Assembly: GCF_006345805.1 (NCBI RefSeq)
Contig: NC_043002.1
Span: 46,624,001 to 46,688,000 of the forward strand
DNA length: 64,000 nucleotides
DNA from: Octopus sinensis
Taxonomy: Eukaryota
Direction of reading: 5' to 3'
In this document: piece after piece, positions 53,615-64,000 of the stretch
How positions within the stretch are numbered: position 1 is the stretch's first letter
How the letters are laid out: every line of letters starts with the position of its first letter
Made by a program: the position numbers and the translations under genes
The notes under the pieces: generated by a model
Seen by the model: only the letters and a program-made list of their open reading frames with translations
What the model was told of the DNA's origin: nothing
Database searches by the model: none

Positions 53615-56532
53615 GTATATGAAACTGAAATATTTTAAGACAATCTTATTTTTCTCCGCACAAAGACAGTAACAAGATCAATTCACACCTGTTTAAGGTT
53701 CCACAACAAAAGTCTTATAAACAGTAGTTAATCTACTTGAAATTTATCTTAGGATTTCTATTACACGATGTATTATGAATAAATCCCTGCTAATTACTTA
53801 ATCACGGATCTAACAAATGCACAACATGCAAATTAATCTAGTAATTTCAAATAAGTTCCAGTCTCAGATAGATATAAATAGTGATTTGTTATGTTCCTAA
53901 GAAGTGGGGTGATAGATGGTTGTTTTCTGATGAATGGCCAAAGGTCCATGAAATATATGAGGGCAATCTCCGTTGCTTTGTTCCGTATGTACGAAGACCA
54001 AGAAGATGAATTCACATGTGTCTAGAGTTCCTTAAGAATTGTTGTTGATGTGTATGTATTTATTATTTAAAAAAGCTTGATTAGGTAATATGCAATTGAA
54101 AATTTAACAGGCCTCTGACCGAATCAAACTGCTTTAAGTAACTCCTACTAAATATGTTGAGTACTCCTTTCGTTATTTTGTCCACTCATTCGTATATAAA
54201 TAATTTCGTATATATACATACACTATTACCAGCATACTTCTTATTTTAGCAGTTACAGTTCTTTTACAAACTGTGTAAGTACATAAGGTAACAATCCTTT
54301 TCTCATTTTCAGTTTCTGTTTTTCCATCAAAGTCTTTCGTGTTGTCTAACAACTATCTATCTTAGATTCGAATCAGCTGACCAAATATTGTGACATAATG
54401 AAAAGAGCCGTACTTCAATAGTTGAACAAGGAGACAAATGAGTAAATGCAAAACCACTGTAATACGAATTCTGTGAGCTTGCCGTGTTGAGTTCAAGTGC
54501 AGTGTTTAAACCTAAAGTCGTCCCTGTTCTGAAGGCACCCAATGAAAGGTATTCCACCAACCATGACACACACACACTCTCTCTCTCTCCCCCCTCTCTC
54601 TCACTCTCTCACTCTCTCACTCGCTTTCTCCTGTTTTAACCTATTGTGTATTTGTAATAGCATTACACTATCAAAAGGCTTTCGGACTATTTTAGCGTGA
54701 ATCAACAGCAGCATCAGTAATCTACGCTGTGAAATGACCTGATCTGTCAACTGGAATCTCAGATGGTTTTGTGACCTTTCATGACATGAATTTAACACCA
54801 GTTCTTACGTCTTTTGTTTTTACCCTTTTGACCCGAATGCTCTTGACACATTTCCCCCACCAAATACTGCTAGAAAATTTCTGTAGATGTGTTCATTCTG
54901 AAAGAAGCAAACAGCAATTGCATTTTTACGGGAAAACAATCTTCTGGATACACCACAAGAAACAGGCCCTAGCCTTCGATGTGGTACACCGCATGCTAAA
55001 GTGGCTCCATCATTTTCTTTTAAGATGGTAGGCTGTGATTTGAGGGTGATTTGGCTCTATTCCTAGCAAGTCAAGCAGCCGTCGATAGAGAAATTAAGAG
55101 ACATTTTTCCAGTGTGTCCATTCTAAGAGGTTCCGGAATCAGTAATTTCACGAGGAATTCAATATTCCCGCTATACGATCATCCGTACAAATCAACAGAA
55201 AACAATAACAGTAGCAATAGCGCAGAAACCCCCCAAAGGAGCCTCTATGCGGTCGTTCGTCTACTAGAAATAACAACCATATCTTCAAATTACTCCTCAC
55301 TGTCTTAAATAATCACGGATGCGTTGAAACAATATAGGCAATGATATGTAAATAGAAAAGATGGTCATAGTTGGAACGGCATTTGATTATAGATTAGCTC
55401 GATCGATATTAACCTGTAACTAAACACTTCGTAATTTTGTTGGGTGGAAACAACCTACTGTGTCTTTTTCTGGAAAAAAAAAATTAATAAATAAACAATA
55501 GTCTTTCGAAATGATGGAAAGAAAATTTGAAAAGAAAACGCGCGCGTGCACACACGCGCACGCGCGCACATACAGAAGTAAAAAAAAAAAAAAATAACAA
55601 TCTTCCTACTCTTGCAGCAGCTACTGCTACTTCTGCTACATCTGCTACTGTTATGGTCTTTGTTGTTGCAGACGATGTTCACAACTTATAAGTAGAAAAA
55701 TATTCTTTTGTGAATACCTCTAAAACAGGGAGGGAAATTTACTTTGAATTAAAGAATTGCCGACGTTATATACAGAATTGTTAAAAATATATATGAAAGA
55801 CAGATGAAGTATATAACAAAACAATCGGCGAATCATTTATTTCTCCAGTACTGTTTTATACTTCCATTTCAAAACTGCTTCTCTTCATTCATTCTTTCCC
55901 TTGTTTTTGTTTTTTCTTTCCATCAATATTACTTTCCTTTCTTCCACAGAGCTTATTATATCAGTCGTTAAAATAGTCCGAAATGTCTCCTATTTCATTG
56001 CATTTTACAACTTTTTTTCCTAATCCTTCATTCCAAATACACATTCATTCTACGAATAAAGGCGCAATCAGTTAATTACAAACACATTTCTTTGTTTTTC
56101 ACAATAATTTTTTGAAGATTAATTATACTACAACGAAAATTTTTTTTTTTTTTTATAATTTTTGGGTACAAGTCCAAGAAAATAAAAGGGGCTGTTATTT
56201 GATTACATCGATTCCTCTACCTGGCCGGAACTTAATTTTATCGGCCTCAGAAAGATCAAAGGCAAAGGTAATCATGTTGGGATTTGAACAAAGAATCTAA
56301 GATACCGTCAGACATCTTATCTGACGCTCTAACGATTCCGCCAAAACAGTGTCCTAAATAATTAAGTCTTAAAAGCACAGGGCCAGAAATTTGAGGGAGA
56401 TGTCCATATATTAGATAGAATACATATAATAGAATAGAACATAAGTAATTGAAACAAAACACTGCCCATGCCCAAAACGTACAGAGTTGTGCTTGTGAGT
56501 GCAGTGAATAAATATTAAAAATAAGGTTGCTA

Positions 56533-56583
<51 letters not shown>

Positions 56584-56829
56584 TATCTTTTCTTTCATTG
56601 ACCACGAGTGCCGAAGACATTGAGGGGTTTACATCGAAATCAGTTATAACAGATAATAAAATGCTAATGAGAAAACGTTTTCTATAGTAGGTAGGGATTA
56701 CTTAAAGTAAATTGAGGGGGAAAGTCTCGGATTACTCTGATGTATTAAAGGCTCTGAAAAGTGCCCTTTTCTAGTTTCTGTCTGTTTACAGTCGCATAAT
56801 CCGAGTAGGCTCATTTAATCTCGTCAGTC

Positions 56830-57960
56830 TTGACGCTTTCACCCACCTTTCGTAAAATCATATTGGAAAGCAGAGGCTTCCACTCAAACATCACCCTTTG
56901 CTTCAAGTGGAACTGGGAGATTTTGATGAGGGCTTGGCCCAAGACGAAGGGTTCTGCTTTCTAACCTTTTAACCAAGTCCAACATACACCGTTCTTCGAT
57001 ATAGATAAGAGAAAGAGGAAGACTAACTGGCCTTCCTTGTCAACGGAAGAGGTTGGGAAGATCTTTTCGACAAACTCAAGCGAGAGTTGGCAGATGCATC
57101 CTAGACGTGATAACAGCTATCGGACAAAATCCACATGTCAGCAATGCAGGAACACCGAATCGATGTATGCACAATAGTTTCGCTGATAGTTTCATTCTCG
57201 TGACCAAGCTGCTTTGCCCAAACGGTTTGGGAGTTTAGGTCAGCGCAAGTGCTCATCTTTATTTCTTCCCTGTTTCTTTCCTCCATCCTCGCTTGCTCCC
57301 CTTTGGTAGGCGACATCCTCTCCTCTCCAACATGGACTAATTCCAACTGGGAGATGGAAGAAGCTCTATCACAGTGGAGAGAGTTGGGTTTTTCAGTTCT
57401 TCCACAGGTCTTCGCAGTCTGTCTTGACGCCTAAATGCTGGTCACTTCACTCGTCACACTGAGCTAAACCTAATCATTAAGTGGGCCCTGGCTCGGATTA
57501 ATATCCTTTAAGTTCTGGAGCCATCAAGGTTATCCAGAAGTGATGGAAAGAGAGCAGATAGTCTTACCTTCTTTCCTGGGTTAGAGGTAAGTGTCTCATT
57601 TTGGACGACACAGTCTGCGACTCCTTTGCTCCCTCCCACATCCTGGATGTTGCAGTTAATGGGAAAGTCACTGTTTCCGTAGCCGAACGAAAGAAAACCC
57701 TGAAGCACCGGGACCTGACAGTGAACTATCTCTTCTAATCTGTGACGTTTGAGACGTTCGAAAGGACTGGAACACTGACCGGGAAGTTCATGTCAACGTA
57801 AGCAGCTCGCCTCACCGAGGCGTCAGGTGATGTCCGTGAGGCTTTCCCAACACCTTAGCTTCGCCATCGCCAGTGGTAATGCTGCGAGCGTGCTGGCTTG
57901 CTTCAGTAGGTTCCGTTAAACCTTGTGGTGTACGACTAGTTGCTGTGATAAAAAAAAAAT
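56830..57960 (+). mobile_element. CRE-clade (RLE-type) non-LTR retrotransposon 3' fragment
   Basis: GHFTRHTELNLIIKWALARINI..VLEPSRLSRSDGKRADSLT (RHxxxN...EPxGLxRxDGKRPDG), SFAIASGNAASVLAC..* (stop 57919; QRGNAASVL-like), and a short 3' UTR with an A-tail at ~57950. Confidence 0.78.
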
Positions 57961-58049
57961 TCTCGACAAATGGTTTCAATACAGATTTCACAGAAAGATT
58001 TGGAAGAATTAGATGAAAGTTCTCCGGTAATTTTCGTTCATGTAAAAAA

Positions 58050-58400
58050 ATGTTTATGTTAAGTTTCGTTGCTCTTCATGTATCTCAGACAGGTCCGACT
58101 TCTGGTTCTTCCGTGTCTTATAACAATCAAGGAATATCCACTACCACATTTTATAGCACTGCCAGGCCAAGGACTTTTGGAAGTTGCTTAAAATCCTCGA
58201 TCGGAAAATTCCTTTGGAAGAGAGTGCTTTAAAATCCTCGCTTACGTGAAAAGTCATTCCCAGGTCATCATTGCTCATACCCTCTACCAACCCTCTGTAG
58301 AATGAGAAAGTTAACTTTCCAGTTACCGCATTGTCCATCTGGTAGAATGTATTTAGCACCAGGCTGATCATCCAACCTCGATCTGCATTTGACTCAGGAC
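58050..58400 (-). mobile_element. Possible highly decayed RTE-like RT fragment
   Basis: ILPDGQCG (LPExQCG), DFKA, and KVLGL...VVDI..L..DTE resemble RTE/RTEX RT segments. Many stops. Confidence 0.4.
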
Positions 58401-58558
58401 AGCAGTTCGATTAATGAGATGAGCTGCCGAAAAAAACATCACAAGGATGGGTTGTTTATTATCACAAGAGCGCCAAATGAAAGGTATTACAAATTGCAGA
58501 AGTAAAGGGGATTACAGTGAGTAGACAAAAAATGAAATGCAACATTATATAACGTAGG

Positions 58559-58775
58559 AAGGCGGCCAACTGGCAGAATCTGTTGCATGCCTGACAAAAT
58601 GCTTATCAGCATTTCGTTCGTCTTTACATTCTGAGTTCAAATTCCACCGAGGTTGACTTTACCTTTCATCCTTTCGGAGCCGATAAAATAAGTACCAGTT
58701 GCATACTGGGTTCGATTCAATCGATTTGCCACCCTTCCCAAAATTGCTGGCTTTGAGCCAAAAATTAAAACCAAT
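58559..58775 (+). mobile_element. Nin/Deu-like SINE (tail T2)
   Basis: 'aaggcggccaactggcagaatc...ctgagttcaaattccaccgaggttgactttacctttcatcctttcggagccgataaaataagtaccag'. Confidence 0.85.
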
Positions 58776-59885
58776 ATTATACAACATAGTGAGAAGGACG
58801 GTTACCTAGAGCTGATCAGGGAAACCAATGGATTCTAGATTACTGTGACTACAAAGTATAAGTTTCTCCTCCCAGTCTTAGTCTCTGGCCTGCAGCCCCA
58901 TGCTCAACCAATACCATTGATCGACGCATAACTTGTCATTCTCACTCATCTAATAATTCCAAAACAATAAATAAGCCTTTACGAGCCAAAGAATGAGATT
59001 ACTAGAAATAGTAGCCAAATTTCCCTAAAATCAATTCTTACTTTAAAAAAATGATAGGGGACATGTTGGTTAATGTGGTCCTGGATTCCTTGCACTTGAA
59101 GAAGGACAAGACGGTTTTGACTCGAATCCCTTTGATTAGAGGTCAACATGATCAAAGCCGAATTGGGGATAAACAGCAGCAACAACATCAGCGATAAAAC
59201 CCTAATGATTTCCATTATAAACACATGATTACAAATTTTGTGGGAAGGAACAGGCGATTCATTTAGCTCCTGTGCTTCACTGGTATTTATTTTATCGACT
59301 CCGAAATGATAGAATGCATCGTAAACATCAACGGGATTTGAACTCAGAATGTTAAGGCTCGTGATTGAATATCGCAGTTCATTTTGTTCGTACCCAACGA
59401 ATTCTGTTTGAATATCATATCTTCTCTTTTCTCATCCCTATGGAGCTATTTTTACAAATCACAACCATTCTCCATAGGCTAACGCGTATCACTGATTTTG
59501 CGTTGTGTTAGTTGTATGAGAACAAAATATCTTTCTTGATGGTACACTAGGTCTATAGGAGATAGCTTTTCTCACTGAAATAATTGAACTTAAAATTGCA
59601 AGACAATGAAACCCTCACCAATTAATTCTATTACACTGTGTCGTTGGTTACAGTAGTGAAGTACACCGCCCATACATTTGCCCGCTCATAGCTAATTCAC
59701 TTCAGCACAGACACATATTAACATCACTGATGAGATACACTGTTTTCCTAATAATTTGACCACCTTTGAGCCAACGAAGAGCGGAATGACCCAATTGAAC
59801 GTGGTTGTTTGGATATTGGCGAGTACTTTTTTTGGCACTAGAGGCAAACGCACGCACACACTTCATTCCCGTCCGCTCCAATAGC

Positions 59886-60130
59886 TAGATAGAAAGACTG
59901 ATATATATATATATAAAGTTAATCCAAACATGAAAACACAAAGAGAAAACACAACAACGCGAGGACGTGGAACAAGTATAGTATTATTGGACGTTCAGGA
60001 AGGAAGGGAAGAATCAGGGTTTAACGTTTCGAGCGGAGCTCTTCGTCAGAAACATAGGAAAAGGAAAGATCCAGAGAAGGGAAGACGGAGGAAAAAATCG
60101 CCAACGGTACACACGCGGTCACATTTATAT
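59886..60130 (-). mobile_element. Penelope-like/retrozyme-like unit 1 with a minimal hammerhead (60053-60019)
   Basis: Minus strand GTTT-CTGACGA-A-GAGC-TCC-GCTC-GAAA-CG-TT-AAAC, flanked by (TA)n. Confidence 0.7.
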
Positions 60131-60132
60131 AT

Positions 60133-60330
60133 ATAGGGAGAGTTTACGAAAAAAACAAAAGATTAAGACAGGTGGTGTACAAAACAAATAGATGTATTAG
60201 TATAACGCTCAGGAATAGAAAAATGTCTTTTACGTTTCGAGCCTACGTTCTTCTACAGAAAGGGACACAGAAAAAACAAGGAGAGAAACAAGGAGAGAAA
60301 AAAATATATGTAGTGGCTAACGATCTATCA
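60133..60330 (-). mobile_element. Related unit 2 with a variant hammerhead-like motif (60262-60227)
   Basis: Minus strand CTTT-CTGTAGA-A-GAAC-GTAG-GCTC-GAAA-CG-TA-AAAG, with the same adjacent 'acgctcagga' motif as unit 1. Confidence 0.55.
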
Positions 60331-60334
60331 TGAT

Positions 60335-60381
<47 letters not shown>

Positions 60382-61229
60382 GGAAGAAAGAGAAAGAGAG
60401 AGACTGAGGGAGGGCGAGAGAAAGAGAGAGAGAATGAGGAAGAAAGAGAAAGAGAGAGAGAGAGATTATGATTTATTTACTGAAGTTACTGAAACAAATT
60501 TACATAAACACCAGTGCATGGGGACTCGATCTGTACAAGAAATAGCAACCAAGTTTGCTTTTAAATCAAACTCCACCCTCTTAAACAAGGAAGGGATACA
60601 GTGGTCAATACAATTCTAGGTACCATTACAAACTCAGGGTGACCATCGCTGAAATGCTTTTGATGATAGACTGTTTAGTCAAGGTTGACGTTGGCTAAAA
60701 AATGTTTTAGATCTCTCTTGACCAGGTGCGCTCTCAGTTCTCCTGTCACAGTCAACGCCTTTTAATTTGAGTTCTTGGGCCTAAATATAAGCGATCAAAA
60801 TATCTCTTGGCGAAGAAATTGATGTAGTTGACGGAGAGCCAGTTTTAATAGTGAACCTCTACCCCAACAGAAATGATAGTTCTTGAAAACTGAAAGCGTC
60901 ACTTCAATTTTGATAAATTATATATTATATTGGATGAAAAGAAATTTTAATATATATTTTATTGCGTGTATGTATGTATGTATGTATGTATGTATGTATG
61001 TATGTATGTTGTATGTATGTATGTATGTATGTATGTATGCGTGCATGTATGTATGTACGTATGTATTTTTGTATGTATATACATGTATACACACTCATAT
61101 ATGTATACATACATATATATGTATACACAGACATATTTACATATATGCATAAACATGTATATATATATATATATATTTACATATATCACACATACACACT
61201 CTTTCTCTCTTTGTCTCTGTCTGTCTGTC

Positions 61230-61260
<31 letters not shown>

Positions 61261-61814
61261 TCTCTCACATACACACACACACATATACATAGAGAGAGGA
61301 ATTACAACAATAATTGAAAATTATACCTTTCTATTGAATAGTATGTTTTCGAGTTTTCACTGAGTAAAAGCAGCAGAAAATTGTTTAGGTGTTGCGAACG
61401 TCTGCGTATATAAAATGAGAAAAGTATAGTAGTATATTCTTAATTATTTGTTGAAATTTCCCTAATAAATTATTATTAAATTTTAATTTTATACCAATAC
61501 AGTGTGTATAATTTAACTATAACGCGATGCTTTTCGCTTCACTCAAAAAGCTTTCAATTTTACAAAGGCTTTCTTAGTTATCAGGGTTCAAAATTCCCTG
61601 TGCCCCTTGTCCTAGTTTATCTACTTTAGGATATCGGGTTAGAATTGCGCAGGGTTTTTACCATGCACTCATCCGATAGGAAAACCCGATCAAAATCATA
61701 AGGATCATCCTTAAGGATAAGTGTTGAAACTCCAGTTTCTGTAGCGAAAGAGAGCAAGAGACAGAGACACACAGAGAATGAGAGAAAGAGGGGGAGAGGG
61801 GGAGAGCGGAGAGA

Positions 61815-61851
<37 letters not shown>

Positions 61852-62018
61852 TGGAAGATGAAATACTATGTCCCCACTCCAGAGGGGGTTGTAGATTTTC
61901 CTCACCAGAGGATTTGAACTCAGCGTCCAAAGCTGATGAAACACTCGGTAATTTGTCGAAGCTTACAGCGAGGAATTACACACACACACACACACACATA
62001 TATACATGCATACATGCA

Positions 62019-62089
<71 letters not shown>

Positions 62090-62629
62090 GTGTGTGTGTG
62101 TGGTGTTGTGTGTGTGTGTGTACATGTAGTAATAAAATATTGTTGTTGGACACTCAAGACAATGTAACGTCTGCAAAAGTATACGAATCGGCGGCGTAAG
62201 TAAAGTGAATTAGCTTCAACCGAGAATTGAAATCGCGCCGCAGCAGACAAAGCTTACATCAGTTTGTTTATTTGTATATTTATTTATTTATTTTTAATCT
62301 ACGGCGCTAGTAACAAGTAGAATGACACATCTCATTGAGCTGTTGCCGCGCCTGCACCGGTAATACGTCGCATAGCAACGAGTAGAGAAGCGGAAAACAG
62401 AGGCTGGTAAATAGAACCGACTCTTGTAGAAGAGTTAGTCTGGTTGGTTGCTGCTAAAGAATGGGATAGCTCAATACACTGCATCTTAGTCTCTGGGGAG
62501 ATTCTCTCGACAATCTCTTCTCTTCCTCCTTCCTTCTTTCTTTCTCTCTCTCTCTCTCTGCTGAGATTTTACTGCTATGTAATTTATTCATAAGCTGTCT
62601 CTCTTCTCGGCTGCTGTAACTGCTACCTT

Positions 62630-62715
62630 TACTGCTGCTGCTGCTGCTATTACTACTACTGCTACAACCGCCGCCGCCGCCGACGACGACGACGACGACG
62701 CCACCACCACCACCA

Positions 62716-62754
<39 letters not shown>

Positions 62755-62825
62755 TGCAGTTGCCGCTGTTCCTGCTACGACTGCTGCTGCTGCTACTGCT
62801 GCTACTGCTGCTGCTGCTACTTCTG
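62630..62825. repeat. In-phase compound trinucleotide microsatellite (GCT)(ACT)(GCC)(GAC)(ACC)(ACT)(GCT)
   Basis: Visible. Confidence 0.95.
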
Positions 62826-63403
62826 CAGTACTACCAAAATGTCAATCACTAGTTATGGTGATTATGAAAATCAATAACCGCGTTACAAGCGAAAAGAAAA
62901 AGAAAAACAAACAAACAAGCAAAAAAGCCCCCCCAAAAACAATAAGACTACTGTTGATAAACATGGCTATTTCTATTACAACTATTAATCGTTATTAACA
63001 CCTTTTAACAGTTATTGTTAGATTTATATTCGTGTCATAACATAACATTATTGCTAATGACGTTACTGGGAAACATCCAAAGTACAACATTCGTATTCTC
63101 ATTTGCATTCTTTATATTTCAGAATTAATTATCTTTTCTGATTACTTACTTCTTATCCCTTAATATTTCCTTATCTAAAAATGATCGAAGGATTTTCCTT
63201 TTTCCCATGTGGTTAAAACCTAATTCAGAAGAAAAGAATAATAAAAATAAAAGAAAAAATAAAGAAAAAAAAGTAGATTTTTTTAGGGTGGTGGTGGTGG
63301 TGGGGTGGGGGTCTCATGCGAAATACCGATTTCTGATAGTAAATAATTTCCTTTCAGTTCAATCACAATTTCCAACCATTATTTTAAATATATAATTTTT
63401 CTT

Positions 63404-63447
<44 letters not shown>

Positions 63448-64000
63448 ACAGAACCTCCCCGAAATAGACACCAATATCTAAGCGCTATCTAAGCTTATTA
63501 AGATTACTTATGAAGGAAAACCTGCCAATTCCAATGTAAGAGATTCCCACAAACTATGAATCCACAGGCACTTTCATGTTTACAAGAATGAAGGACAACT
63601 CAGAACAAAGAGATTCAGATATAAGGAATTCACAATCAAGCATAACAAATGTGTATTCCCATCATCAAACAGATATCACTATCGTTTCGACACCAAGGCA
63701 GTAGCATTCAAACTGGTAGTGTCAACAGTGTTAAAAATATAAACGTTGCTTGGGAATCCACCAGTTTAGTACTTTATTACTACAAGTAACTACATCAAAG
63801 TATATATATAGTGTACTGTTCCATAATAGTAAAATCAACAAACGAAAAAAAAAGACCATGTTATGCTATGTAGGCAGTGCTTGAAGATTGCATTGAGACA
63901 CCAGACGTGTTAAAAATACTGCCTGACATGCTTTCATCGCATGAAACCATAGTAGCATATGAAACCATATTTTGTGTTTATTGTATAATGCACACACACA

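Noticed and set aside
54880-55010. Possible Merlin/IS1595-like N-terminus (AIAFLRENNLL)
   Set aside because: Too short, and no catalytic motifs follow.
58141-58371. ORF MISLVLNTFYQMDNAVTGKLTFSFYR..., superficially like a bacterial Cas8c segment
   Set aside because: Eukaryotic context, no CRISPR array or other cas genes, and another frame fits a decayed LINE RT better.
63430-63780. Possible CR1/L2-like ORF relic
   Set aside because: Similarity too faint to support by eye.

Overview
AT-rich eukaryotic DNA packed with repeats. It is most likely intronic or intergenic sequence from an Octopus genome; this is inferred from the tRNA-derived SINE repertoire and the extreme (TA)n/(CA)n/(ATCT)n/(CATA)n microsatellite load. 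I found no intact protein-coding gene, rRNA or tRNA gene, or CRISPR array, and almost all ORFs in the supplied track are microsatellite translations. The window holds dozens of SINEs of several architectures and decayed DNA transposons: two DD37D Tc1/mariner elements, a full-length DD34D mariner with 36-bp perfect TIRs, other mariner pieces, and Tigger/pogo, hAT, Chapaev-like and Helitron relics. It also holds LINE fragments (RTE, CR1, CRE-clade, L1/Tx1-like), a Gypsy pol fragment and a solo LTR. The most interesting signals are: (1) a family of hammerhead-ribozyme-like motifs in (TA)n-embedded repeats, including a complete type I hammerhead inside a 131-bp near-perfect palindrome (34243-34373) and a tandem pair of minimal-hammerhead units (59886-60330); (2) a Tx1-like LINE 3' end found twice inside (ATCT)n tracts, whose last ~50 nt match the tail of the commonest SINE here; (3) modular SINE head/tail swapping; and (4) two weak candidate plus-strand exons. 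All calls were made by eye without database searches. Boundaries are approximate unless TIRs or TSDs are quoted.
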